A stretch of 64,000 bases of DNA, from contig CM041465.1 of NCBI GenBank assembly GCA_023213395.1, positions 170,755,741 to 170,819,740 on the forward strand, written 5' to 3'. Under the pieces are notes generated by a model. That model did no database searches. It was not told the origin of the DNA and saw nothing but the letters and a program-made list of their open reading frames with translations. Positions 38,714-51,709 of this stretch are shown piece after piece; the first letter of the stretch is position 1, and each line of letters begins with the position of its first letter. The stretch comes from Cycas panzhihuaensis (taxonomy: Eukaryota; Plantae; Cycadophyta). Both the position numbers and the translations under genes were made by a program.

Positions 38714-40494
38714 GTAGCTTTACTTACCGATTGTAATTATGTCCATGTTATTCCTAAATTGTGGAAAATAATAATTATATTATCATTTCTCTTGTCATAT
38801 AAGTAAATAAAGCATAAATTAAATATAAACTAAAGGAAAACCTAACATGGTCTAGGTATTTGATAAAGACTTATGTATTGAGTGTTTTCCTCCTTATCAA
38901 ATTGCTTACTTTTCTCTCTTTTTCTATATAATAATACCACATAGACACTACCAAGTGACTATTATGTGTTATAGAAAACTAATGCAAACCTATATAAAGG
39001 ATGAATAAGAGTATCTTAACATAAGGGATAAGATTTTTTATTTTTTAATTTATTTTTCTTTTAATGATATCATAGCTACTTATTTCTATAATGAAAGAGA
39101 AAAGAGGAAACAAAATTAAAGAAATACTAACAACCCAAAATAAGAGAATTCAAGAAGAAAATAATAGAACTCAAATAACAAAAAATTAAATAGCAAGTGA
39201 ATTAAGCAATTCCAACAATTTTTTAAAATGAATTTAAGATAAAAATAAAAGAAAAATAATCATATCATTAAAAATATTAATAAACCTTAGATCTAGCATA
39301 AATGATACTATTAAAATAAAGTATAGAAAATATAGTATGAAGGGAGTAGTACTCTTAAATAAACAAAGAGATTCATGGTATGCCATAATACTTATAATGA
39401 AGGACATGGTATTATAGATGTACTATCACTAAAAATATATTAATGATATATGGTATTTTCATGAACAGAAACAAAAGTCTTGTGATATAAAATTAACAAT
39501 CAATAGCATGAAAGATATAAATAAAAAACTACAAAGAAAGACTAATAAAAATTTTCACAACCAAAGTGATAGATCCATGTAATAGAAATCTTCAATTCAA
39601 TGAAAAAATCAGATCAAAATAAAATAAAAGTGATTCCTTTTACCATCAATAAACAAGTGAGGTAGCTCAATACCTTAGAGAAATAACATATTTCATTAGG
39701 AATTTTAGAACAAAAATAAACATTTATAAAGAATAAATTAAGATGAAAGACTCATAAAATAACATTATGAAGTTGGTTTTTGAGAGAAATACACTATTTT
39801 TTAGGGATATTATGAAATAAACCTTAAGTGTCATTAGACTAGACTAATGGAAAAAGGCAAAGACGTAAAAGGGATATAATTTCCTCATAAAGTATCTATT
39901 TTTGACCCATGACTACTTGATTCTTATCTATTCAAGAATATCTACATAATGGTATAGATAGAATCAATAATTGTATTCAAAATCAAAGTGAAATATGTAT
40001 AAGAAGATAAAAGTGTGTGAAAAAATATAGAAAATACTCTTATTAATTAAAATAAATTACTTAGAGAGTATAAACTCACATTTAACTCTTAAAATTGCTA
40101 ACTAGAGGAGAACTTAACTTGTATTTAGCCTTGTAAACTAACTCAGAGAAGTATGAGTTCATGTCAATATAAAATGAGCACTTAAAAGAGCTAAACATAA
40201 ATAGAATAATAAAAAATATAAAGAGATATAATAATAGCAAACAAAGAAATGCAACAATAGTAAATAAAAGGTGATATAATTTCATTTCTTTATAGTTGTC
40301 ATAAAAATATATACTAGACTAAATAACCTATGATGTTGTATTTATGTAATGAAAAACATGTTATAGATAATAGATCCCATATCATCATTAACTAAGGAGT
40401 GTAGTATATAAAGAAACAAATTAAGTAGATACTCAATCATATGTAATATCAAAAAAATAATAAGTAAATATAATAATCAAATGCATATCTAATT

Positions 40495-40848
40495 GCTTCC
40501 AACTTTTATTCAATGACGCCAAGGAAATCATTAAGGGGCTGTCAGAAGTCCGGATTGGGCATACTCTGAGAGCTGGAAATAAACCAGCTGATTTTCTAGC
40601 AAATTGGGGAGTGAGACAAAGGGCAGGACAAATATGGAAGTCAGATTTTCCCAGGGATCTTTTGGTTCTGGTTGAGAAGGATTTGATGCAGTAGCTAGCC
40701 GTGGGGCTTGTCCCGGCACTTGTCTGGCCTAGTCCGTGGGGCTGTCACGGACTCATACTTATCTGTCATGCTACATTTCTTGATGTATTAGGTTGTGGGA
40801 TCCTTCTTCAAACCCACTAAAATTCATTTTATCTAATCAAAAAAAAAA
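40495..40848 (+). mobile_element. 5'-truncated L1-type LINE 3' end (RNase H C-terminus + 3' UTR + poly-A)
   Basis: 'RIGHTLRAGNKPADFLANWG..*' matches the plant L1 RNase H motif H..REGN..AD.LA. A10 tail. 16-bp TSD AAATGCATATCTAATT (40479-40494 / 40846-40861). Empty site in the paralog at ~46089-46105. Confidence 0.9.
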
Positions 40849-40889
40849 TGCATATCTAATTATTAAGAAAAACAACAAACCTAATTTTC

Positions 40890-41775
40890 CTAGATTGAGA
40901 ATAAAAGGCCCAAAATTAGGAAACATTAGGTAGTAAATAAAATTTTTCTTACCTTAATTATTATTATTTCATAAAATGATAACATCTTTATTTGAATTCA
41001 AAGGTAGTTCACGTTCACATTATTATCATTATTTTATACCACTTTATCATTTCTACTTCTTTATCCATTGTAATCAATTAGTCCTCCTATAAATTCCCTA
41101 TCTAAATTTAATAAATACTTTATCAATTATTCATGTTATTATAATGGTTTTATAAAATTTTAGAATTTTGTTCCTCATCCCTTATCCAAAGATTGTTGGA
41201 TTTTGTTGTGAGAATTAGTAGTTAAAAGTCTTTAGTAAGCAAATTGTAGGCATCCATCATAAAGGGGAATTTTTCCTATATAGAAATCTTCATGACATCT
41301 TATCCTTAATTAATATGTCCCCATTTGATTTTGATTTCCATGAACAATAATCTAAGGCAAGGTTTAAACTACTTATTCATGAGTTTCTCTACTCCAAGGG
41401 CACCTAAGCTTATGCTTGGTTACATTGGCTTAAGGAAGGGGAAGCTTCTCCAAAATTCTTTTTAGGTTCTTTAAGAAGATGCCAATCAAATTCTAGAATC
41501 TCTACCCTTAAATGTTTAGATAGATTCTTATAATATAACCCTTATGTTATAAGATACATGTTTATTAAACACTTTATATCCTATTTTACTTTTCTAATTT
41601 TTCTTGTTAGACTACATGTTATATTTGACTATGCCAATGCTATTTCTAGGAAAGTTAATAGATCATAAAATATTTGCTTTAGTATACCTATCTCCAAAGA
41701 TAAGAATAAAGGAGCCTTATGGCTTATGATTAAGGGAAAGCTCTAGGAAAGGATGGTCTTACTGTGGAGTTTTAC
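40890..41775 (+). mobile_element. Degenerate L1 LINE ORF2 fragment (copy 1)
   Basis: 'WLKEGEASPKFF' at ~41426 and 'KA(L)GKDGLTVEFY' at ~41738-41776. Confidence 0.85.
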
Positions 41776-43257
41776 ATGTTATCCATCCCTTTGAGTAAAG
41801 TTACTTGAGAGTCATATGGGTCATTGGTGAATGGCCACTCTGATACTTAACTAAGGATGGGTTCAATGGCCCAATAAGAAGGTAGTTACTCCATTATAAA
41901 ACTAGACTAAATGGAATGGGAGCCCAATAAAGTGGATCAAAATAAGTTAAAGGGAAGGAGACCTCACAACCTTTAAGAAAATTGAGGTATATAAAGGGCA
42001 ACTCCCAAAGGATGCATAAGGGTCTATACCAAGGTGCACAGTCACCGCTCTAAATCAGCATGAATGGGCAAGTAGTGCTTATGAATTTTATAATCTCCTA
42101 TTAAGTGAACTTCCTTAAGGTAAATACTTATGATGGAATAAAAAGAAGATAGTCAATAAAGGATTGCTAACTCTAATTAGGAAGTCCATAGTATGGTTGT
42201 GGTTACTAAAGATGTAACCTACAAGGGGGCAAAGTCAATCACATAACATAATGATTAACCTAGGGTAGGAGGTCTAAATCAAAGAGGGGAAGTAGATAAC
42301 TTTCTTTTACGAACACTTATGTATCAATGTAGACACAAGCATGGGGAAAAATAAAGCCTAGACTAGAAGAATGAGGATGTATGCATATGATCGGAGAAGG
42401 ATGGTAAGAGAAAAATAAATAAGCTAAGTAAACATCTACCAATCATGCAAAATAAAGTAAATAAGCAAGTGTATAAGTAAACAAAGCATAAAAATAAGAA
42501 ATAGAACCTAATTAACTAACTAAAAACCTTCTTAAAAGGAGTAAATAACACTCAAGAAAAGCACCTAGAATCTAAGAGGGTAGTAGGGGCACTTGTGCCC
42601 TAAATAATGATGAACTTATGAATTTATCCTAATAACTATAACCCCCTAAGGCAATTGACCTCTACTTAACCAACTCTCTAAAATACTACTATTTGTCATA
42701 GACTCAATCTAGAATAAGGGAGGTCCAATATAAATAAGAGGTGAAAAAGGAATCAAGATGATGGAATTAACATGATTGTGGGTAAGTTGTTGGAGACTTG
42801 CTTTTTCTAATAATAACTCGTTATAAGTATAGGGCTCTAGAAGATGCCTATATCTAATCCTAACAAGCTTATTCAACACTAAGAGATGAATAAGACATAA
42901 GAACCACTCTCAATAAGACATGCATTATTCACTCAATTCTCCTAACTATATATAGGTAGGATAATTGCTCACTACCAAGCCACTCGAAATATAATGAATG
43001 ATGCAACTTGTCCTCAAGTATAAGGTTACCATACTCTCTTGGTGATGAAATTTAAGTGAAGCCCCAAGTAACCCCTCCTCAAGGAGGCGAACACCCTACC
43101 CTAACAAAGGCTAAGAGAGTCTATTATTCATATACTTGTATATATTTTATCATATTATACTTCTTTTATCTATCATACACTCATCTCTCTTATCTATTAT
43201 TTGTCCTTATTAGGTTCATTCCTCATTGTTCATATCTTTTATATCAATCTCCCAACA
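41776..43257. mobile_element. Mosaic of LTR remnants (Tat/Ogre-like LTR sequence), boundaries uncertain
   Basis: PBS-like GGCCACTCTGATAC at ~41833-41846 (minus). 42700-42870 resembles 30980-31160. LTR-like end ..CCCAACA followed by TGGTATCA at ~43250-43268. Confidence 0.45.
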
Positions 43258-44964
43258 TAGTGGTATCAACATATCAAGCTTAAAGCTAACATAGTGGCAT
43301 CAGAGTGAATTCCATAACTAATAGAAACAAAAGTTAAATCTTAGGTACCTAGAGGTTGGGACAATGTAGTATACTATTGATGACATATAGATTAAGTTAA
43401 AGACATAATACATCCTATACTAGATATAATATTTTACATTAGATAAGGTATTCACATGCAAGGAATATTTAGTAACTTAGAAGCACAAGGTAGTTACTAT
43501 GAAGTTATGACTTTAATTATATATATATATATATAATATTAATAGAATAAATAAAGATGATCTTACTTCACTGTACTTAAAAAGGTATGAAATAAGAGAA
43601 AAATATGTGATTATTTATCATGGAGGGGGACTAGTAAATTAAGGTTAAGGAATCTCTTGTTTGAGAACTTCTTTGATGAAGAGGTTCTCTTTAGGAGGCC
43701 CAAAAAGAAGAGCTTCACCCTCCATTGTAATAGAAGTGAACTCAGGAGGTAATCATTTAATTATATGAAAAAAAAGTATACAATAAAAGAGAAACACTCT
43801 AGAAATAAAATAAGAAGAAATAATAAGAATAGGTCACGATAATGTGTCCTTAATATGATCACAAAAAAAATTTATTTATTATGGGATCTCTATTGTTCAA
43901 CTCTAAGAAAATACTTAAGATAAGACCTAAGAATAAAATTACCATGCAAATATCAAGCTCCTATGAATAATAAAAGTTTTTTAGATAATATGGTTATTGG
44001 TTATATTCGAGATATAATAATCTATATGAGATTTATTATATGACTTTCAATCAATGAAAGGGGTCCTTATATGTAATAACTCTATTTTACATATTCATCG
44101 AAAATAAATTGACTGGTCACTCTTATTATTTCTCTTGTTATGTAAGTAAATAAAGCATAAATAGAACATCAACTTAAGGTTTTTTTCCTTTCCTCTTTTA
44201 GTGATAGCTACTTAATCCTCTAGTGAAAGAGAAAGAAGGAAATGAAATGAAAGAAATATTAATAACCCAAAATGAGAGAATTCAAGTAGAAAATAGTAGA
44301 ACTCAAATAATAAAAATTAAATAGTAAGTGAATCAAACAATTCCAGCAATTTTAGAAAATGAATCTAAGATAAAAATAAAAGCAAAAGAATCATACCGTT
44401 GAAAATATTAATAAACCTTCGATCTAGTAGAAATGATACCACTAAATCAAAATATATAAAAAATGATATGAAGGATGTAGTAAACCTAAATAAATAAAGA
44501 GATATATGGTATACCATAAAAATTATGAAGAAAGACATTGTATTGCAAATGTAATATCATTAAAGATATACTGATGATATATGGTATTTTCACAAATGGA
44601 AGTAAAAGTCTCATGATATAAAGTTGAAAATGAGTGGCATGAAAGATATAAAGAAAAAACCACTAAGTAAAACTAATAAAAATTTTCACAACCAAAGTGA
44701 CAGATCTATGTAGTAGAAATATTCAATTCAAATAAAAAATTAGATCAAAATAAAATAAAAGTATCTTTTTATAGCATCATTAAATAAGTGATGTAGGTCA
44801 AGACCTTTTAGAAATGACATACTTCATTAGGGTCTTTAGAATAAAAATAAGTATTGATAAGGAATAATCTAATAGGAAAAACTAATAAAAGAACATCATA
44901 AAGTTGGAATTTAAGAGAAATAAACTATTTTTTAGGGATATTATGAAATTAATATTGAGTGTCA

Positions 44965-45436
44965 TGTTAAAATATAGGTAGCAGAATTACTCTAATATCA
45001 TGTTAAAATATAAAGATACAATAATAATGAACTCATGAGTATATACACATAATGAATTAATTAATATTAATATAAAGTAAAGCAAGTATCATCAAACATA
45101 ATCATCACCACAAGACACCAAGATTTATACATGGAAAACCCATTATGGAAAAAACCATAGGAGAAGGTGGAGTTAGGACTCCACTTATGGTCATAAGGTT
45201 TACATCACCAAGTCTTTAACCTTTCTCATCTTACTCTCCTTTTTCAAATTCTTAAGTGGTAAGTATACATATGTATAGTGAAAATCACCTCATGAGTAGC
45301 CTATCAAATATAATGAGTCATTACATTATCCAATAAAGACATAGCATGGATATGTGTGCATCTCACATATCTCAAAGTAGATGAATGGTGGGAAGTGCCT
45401 GTGTATACTATATACATTAAATATTATGTTTTAATA
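44965..45436. mobile_element. Solo LTR (472 bp)
   Basis: TGTTAAAA..TTTTAATA termini. TSD TGTCA / TGTAA. Absent from the paralogous site at ~39829-39835. Confidence 0.88.
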
Positions 45437-46195
45437 TGTAATGAGACTGGACTAATAGGAAAATAAAAAATTATAAAAGGAGCATAACTTCCTTATAAGA
45501 TAACTATTTTTGACCCATGGCTACTTAATTCTTATCTACTCAAGGAAATCTATACAATAGTATAAATAGAATTAATGATTATATTTAAAATCAAAGTGAA
45601 ACATGTATAAGAAGATAAAAATATATGAAAAACTATAGAAAATACTTTTTCTGATTAAAATGAATTACTTAAAGAAGTATAAACTCATGTTTAACTCTTA
45701 AAAAAATAACTTAGAGGAGAATATAACTTGTGTTTAGTCCATTTAAGCTAATCCAGAGAAGTATGAGTTTGTCTCAATCTAAAATAGACACTTATAGGAG
45801 CCAAAAGTAAATAGAATAATAAAAAATAGGAAGAGATGCAATAATAATAAATATAAAAAGTAACAATAGCAAACAAAAAATGAGTTCATTTCATTTCCTC
45901 ATGGATGTCATAAAAATATATACCGGATTAAACAACCTATGATGTTATATCTATGTAATAAAAGGGGTGTTATAGAAAATATATCACATATCATCATTAA
46001 CAAGGGAGTGCAATATGTAAAAGCAACAAACCAAGTAAATGCTCAATCATATGTAATGTCAAATAAATAATGAGTAAATACAATAATCAAATGTATACCT
46101 AACTGTTAAGAGTAAGAGAAAACTTAACGTTCCAAAATTGAGAATAAATGGTCCAAAATTAGAAAATATTAGGCAGTGAATAAATTGTTTCTCAC

Positions 46196-48688
46196 TGAAA
46201 TGCACCTAATGGAGGTGACCTAAGATGATTGCACCTATGTAATAATAGACCTAAGGTGTAGGGTCTATGTGTATGCAATGGGTTTTAAAGCACTAATGAA
46301 GGGAACATGTGTATTACTTAAGTGTGTGTGCAAGGGTAATCATTCTTCCTCTTCCTAAGAGGCTAAACCAAGGGCATTTAAATAACCGCACGTATGCATT
46401 TGAGGGGAATCAGCAACCCTTAGAATATTTGATGAAATACATGGTAGAACAGGGAAATATAACACACTTCTAAATGAAAGTATGTTCTTTTTAATTTCAA
46501 TGGATGCACTCGGTCTAATCTTAATGGGTTTATGTTTTACCCTTATGGATTTAGGACTTATGTTGACATGATCCCTCCTCATATTTCTAGTTAGAAACCT
46601 AGGATGTGACCTAGTTATTTAATCCCCTACTCTAGTAATAAGATGCAACATACATGCAAGCATGGATAAGGAAAAGAAAGAGTGATGTAATATAAGCAAA
46701 TTCTCTTCTTCTTCTTCTTTTTTAATAAAAAAGAAAAGGGAAAGTGAAAGCAAAGGAGGAAAGATGAAGGCAAATTAAGGTAAATCTCACTTTGTAATCT
46801 TTCCTTTCACTCTTTCTTTTCCTTTTAGCCCCTTTTTTCTCCTTTTTTTTTTGTCTCTTTTTCCTTTTTAGAGGATAGAAGGGGGGATGAAAAATGATAA
46901 GAAAGACTAAATAAGTACTAATATTTTTTTTTCCTTTTTTTAAAAAAGAAATGTCTAATAAAAGAAAGTAACAAGCCAAAGGGAAGGGTGATGTATACCT
47001 AAAAAATGAATCCCAAAGTAACTATAGCCTTCTCCCTTATAAATCATGATACTTCATGTGCAACAGAAGAAAAATGGGGCTAGTACTTACTTGCCCCTAA
47101 GAGAATTTCGGTAACATTTCTGCTTGCCAAAATGTATCTATGATAGAAAAAGGAAGATGTGAAAAGCACAAAAAAGTAGGAAGAAAGATGAAAAGGGGAT
47201 TTATGATTAACCTCTCTAGTGGTAGTCGATAAGAGAATAATTGCAACTCTTACATGATAGAAATTGGTTGAGAACTTCTCCTATTTCAATCTTCTTCCTA
47301 CAAACAAGTTATCTTTCCTATAATGATGGAAAGCCTACTATATTTCTAATGGAAACAATCATATATAGTTGATAAAAGCTCAAAAAATATAAAGGAAATA
47401 ATCCTAACTCAATAAGCATCCAACCAAAATATGTGAGAAAGGATTGGGTGCCTCAGGATAGCACCATTCCTTGATGTATTTAGTTTCCTAACTTGTACTG
47501 AGGAAACCTCCCAAAACTTGCTACTTTGTCCAAAATAGCAGTCAAGAAATAAGCATAAATAATTTGAAAGAGGCATGACTTGAAGCAACATATGAGAAGA
47601 TGACATAAAAAGAATCAACTAGTAATCCTCCATCAAGAATTCATACATCATGGCATGATTAAGATGAAATGATAAGAACTAAGGTTACCTCAAATGTGGA
47701 AGAGTGGATTACCAATTCCTTTATTGGGAAGTGATGGCCAATGGTTGTTAGAACTTTCCCTCAAGGTCTCTCTAATAACTCTTGGGCACTTACTCCTAAT
47801 CCCACAAAAGAAATCTAGTGTTATGCTCCAAATGCTAGTAGTTATAGTGAAATTTTGACAACTTAGTGATAGTATTTCTCTTGCATAATGATCTCCCACA
47901 CTTTCCCCTTAGAAAATGGGGGGATTTATAGATGAAGAAGAGGTAAGGGGGGTGTTGGTTTTCTACCCACAATGTGGGGAAAGCTACTACCTAAAAATCA
48001 TGAGACTTGCTCATGGTTTGATGAATGAAACATAGAAATAGAAAACATTTGAGTGGCTTAAGGCATGTTTAGCCTCCCAAAATTGATGCAAGCTAACCCA
48101 GGCCTAGTGTGACCTGTTAGATCTAAGATTTACTTACTAATGAGTTGATTGTCACCATCAAACTTGAATATGGGTTAGTAATAATCATACTATAAATTCC
48201 TTTTTGGTATCATGAATATATTTGTAGTACTACAAAGTACTTCACCGTATTGCTAATACAAATAGAAAATAAAGTGATAAAGAAACACACCCATTTTCAT
48301 CCACTTTTCTTTGTGCAGTTAAATAAGATCGCTAAAGGCATGTCTTACAAGCATTGGTTAATTATCACTAAGTGGTAGAGAGTAAAAATAAAGACAAACA
48401 AGTGAAAGAAACAATAATCAAAGGAGGGAATAAGTTGTAAGTGGCTGGGGAGGTGCCTTTTCTAACCTAAGAACACTCACGAGAGGCACAAGGGCCATGG
48501 ACTAAAGTCCTAATCATCATTGGCATATGAATAGGGACATGAACCAATCAATAAGTAAGTAAATAAGCATATGTTTACTATATAATCTCAAATATAAATC
48601 AACAAAGAATGAAGAAGAGAAAAGAACATACCTAAACTTACCTTACTTGGTTGAGTGTCCAAATGTCATTTTTGGAAGCCAAGAATCA
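46196..48688. mobile_element. Large solo LTR (~2.5 kb, probably gypsy)
   Basis: TG..CA termini. TSD CTCAC / CTCAA. Absent from the paralogous site at ~40948-40955. Splits the L1 endonuclease 'S(R)L(D)(R)CYF' motif. Confidence 0.85.
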
Positions 48689-51506
48689 CTCAACTTAATC
48701 ATTGCTATTTCATAAAATGATAACACCTTTATTTGAATTTAAGGGTAGTTGAGGTTCATGTTATTATTGCCATTTTAGACCACTTTCCTATTTCTACTTC
48801 TTTATCTATTGTAATGAATTAAGTCCTCCTAAAAATTCCTTCTTTAAATTTAATAAATACCTTATTAATTATTCATGTTATTATTATGGTTTTATAAAAG
48901 CTTAGAATTTGGTTCCTCATCCCTCATCCAAAGATTATTGGATTTTTTTGTGGGAATAAATAGTAAAGAGGCTTTAATAAGTAAATAGTAAGCATCCATC
49001 ATGGAGGAGAATTTTGCCTAAAGGAAAGTCTTCATGATATATTATCCAAGATTAATATGTCCTTATTTGATTTTGATTTCCATGAACAATAATCTAAGGT
49101 AAGTTTCAAACTACTTATTCATGAGGTTCTCTGCTTGAAGGGCACCCAAGCTTATGATTATTATATTAGCTTCAAGAAGAGGAAGCTTCTCTTAAATTCT
49201 TTTTCAATTCTTTAAGAAGATGCCAATCAACTTCTAGAATCTCTACCCTTAAATGTTTATATGGATTCTTACAAAATGAACCTCGTGCTATAAGAGACAT
49301 GTTTGTTGAATACTTTATATTCTATTTAACTTCTTCTCCAATTTTCATTACTAGACTACATGTTATATTTGACTAGGTCAATGTTATGTCTATAAAAGTT
49401 GATAGTTCAAAAAATATTTGGTTTGGCATACCCATCTCTAAAGATGAGCATAAAGGAGCCTTATGGCTTATGGTTAATGGTAAAGCTCTATGAGAAGATG
49501 GTTTACTGTGGAATTCTAGAAGGTCTTTTAGGACATCCTTGGGCATGCTTGTTTTTTTAATATATAAAAAGGATATTTCCTCTTCTACCCTTGGTGAGAG
49601 AACCAAGTCTATCCCAATTAAGCTTATTCCTAAAGTAGGGGTTGATCATTTATTAATTAGAGTATGGAGGCATATTTATCTCTTAAATGTAGCTTATAAG
49701 ATTCTTACAAAATCCTTAGCTTTTCAACTTTTGTTTATATTAGACAATATCATTTGTCTAGAGTAAAGTAATTTTATTTTCAAAAGAAATATCTTTAACA
49801 ACTTACTAGCCTTTTAGGAATATACCATATGAGCTAGAGAATCTAATCAAAAATTTCTTTTATAAAATTAGAAGTTAAGAAATCTTATTAAAATATTGGA
49901 TGGGATTTCATTTCCTTAGTCATGTATAAATTAGGCTTTAGCTCTACTTTTATTAACATGGTTATTTTTTGTAAAACCAAGGCTAAAGTTATGGTGAAAG
50001 GGGAGAGTTCCTTTCTCTTTTCTCTTTAGCAAACTATTAGAAAAGGGTTCCCTCTAACTCCTCTATTATATGCCATTACTATTGATGATCTTAATCATCT
50101 ATTTTATTGGTCTTTGTTAGTTAGTCATATTCAAGGAATATCTCTTCTCATTCAACAAAATAATTATTGTATGGATAATTCATTAATGACACCTTCCTTA
50201 TACTGCCATCTAAAAAAGAGATTATTTCCCAAATGGTAAATGAGATTGACTACTTTTGCATTGCATTTGAGTCTTCCTTATCCAAGATCAAATTAACATA
50301 CTACTTCTTCAATTTAGAATCTCCTCCTTCCTGGCTAGTATATTTTGGTTGGTCTATAATTTCAAATGGCCATCTATTTAAATTGTTAGGTATTTTGTTT
50401 AGCTTTGATGTCATATATACTAAAATTTAGAAATGGATAATGTTTTGTTTTTTGAAAAAGATACAATATTAATTTATACAACATCTATCTTTAGTTAGAA
50501 GGGTGAAAATTATTCAAAAATCCCCCTTTTCTATGTTTGTTTATTATTGTTCATTCTAGCTTCATTCCAACATTACTTATAAAAAGTTTGTGGCTTTGAT
50601 TAAGAATTATCTTTAGCTCAAACTTACTCGTAAAAAAGGCATTCTAGAAGTCACTTAGGATATTTGTTGTCATCTTATTATATAAGGTAGTTTGGGCTAT
50701 CTCTTCATTAAGAAATAGGATATGGCCTTAGACAATAAATAGACAAGGAAGCTTTAGGAATGAAATCCTTCTTACCATATTCTATTCAAATTTAGAAATT
50801 CAAATAGTTTTCCTTTAGGTCTTGAGGCCTAGAAATTCTCCCCATATCTCACCTTGTTCTTTGCCTTGTTGAAGTTAAAATTAAGGGGTTTCCTATGCTT
50901 TAGTCAATCTAGTCCACCTGGTATACTATTAACAAGTTACTTATCTAAAATGTTGATCTTTCTTATGGTTAGTCTAAAAAGAGTGGATCTATCCTTCATC
51001 TCCATGCACTAAACATAAAGGAAAACATGGGAGCAAGAGAGACTTGAGAGAAAAAGAGTAGCTCTCATAAAATAAGGAGGTAAGAATAAGCCTCTTCTAT
51101 TAAGCTTTTACTTTTATATTGAGAGAGGGAGCATTAGAGTTAGGTGAAATAAAATTATACATAATGCACATGAAAGTGCATTTCACTTAAGTGATCTAAT
51201 TTAAAGTTCACTTAAAGCCATTTTTAGAAATAATCAACTAATGTAATGACCTTGTGACATTAACCCTTTTCAATCTCCCCCTTAATGGTAGAAGGTCATT
51301 TATCCTAATTTATTCTATCTTATGAGGTCTTCATTTGAGCCAAACTACTATGACATTTTTATAGGAAATCTTCATGGGGAAGAAAACCCACAGACTTTCT
51401 AATCTACTAACTTGGCTCAGGCGGCTCTTTAAATGAAGCCAGATAGCTAATCAGTATAATGAATTTTATAACTGAAATATACTGAGTCTCCATATACTAT
51501 TTGGTC

Positions 51507-51668
51507 ATCCCCCATGCCCTTTCGAGTTTTCACAAGTTCTAATTTTCTAAAATGATATAACCCTTATCCTTTCATGCCCACAAGGGGTTTTCACAAATAG
51601 GATAGAGTAGAGACTTACTCTTGTCCTTCCGTACCCACAAGGGGTTTTCACGAATGAGACAGAGTATG
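51507..51668. repeat. ~52-bp tandem repeats (about 3 units) in the copia F 3' UTR
   Basis: CC(C/T)..CCCACAAGGGGTTTTCAC..A.AGAGTA recurs. Confidence 0.8.
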
Positions 51669-51709
51669 ATGGTCCTATTGTCATCTCCTTCAATCAGTTG
51701 GAGATGGAG

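Larger units (their letters stand above)
38730..41775 (+). repeat. Copy 1 of a duplicated composite unit (A-rich region + L1 endonuclease/RT start)
   Basis: Colinear with 44070-49512 once the copy-specific insertions are removed; roughly 75-80% identical by eye. Confidence 0.9.
44070..49512 (+). repeat. Copy 2 of the duplicated composite unit (contains two solo LTR insertions)
   Basis: Colinear with 38730-41775; lacks ~200 bp present in copy 1 at ~38835-39040. Confidence 0.9.

Noticed and set aside
39060-40480. A-rich region as a plastid ycf1 insertion or an endogenous caulimovirus ORF
   Set aside because: Lys/Ile-rich translations contain stops at about the frequency expected from base composition, and I recognised no conserved motif in either copy.
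46722-46979. Lys/Arg-rich ORF resembling a nuclear protein
   Set aside because: Translation of a poly-pyrimidine tract within a solo LTR.
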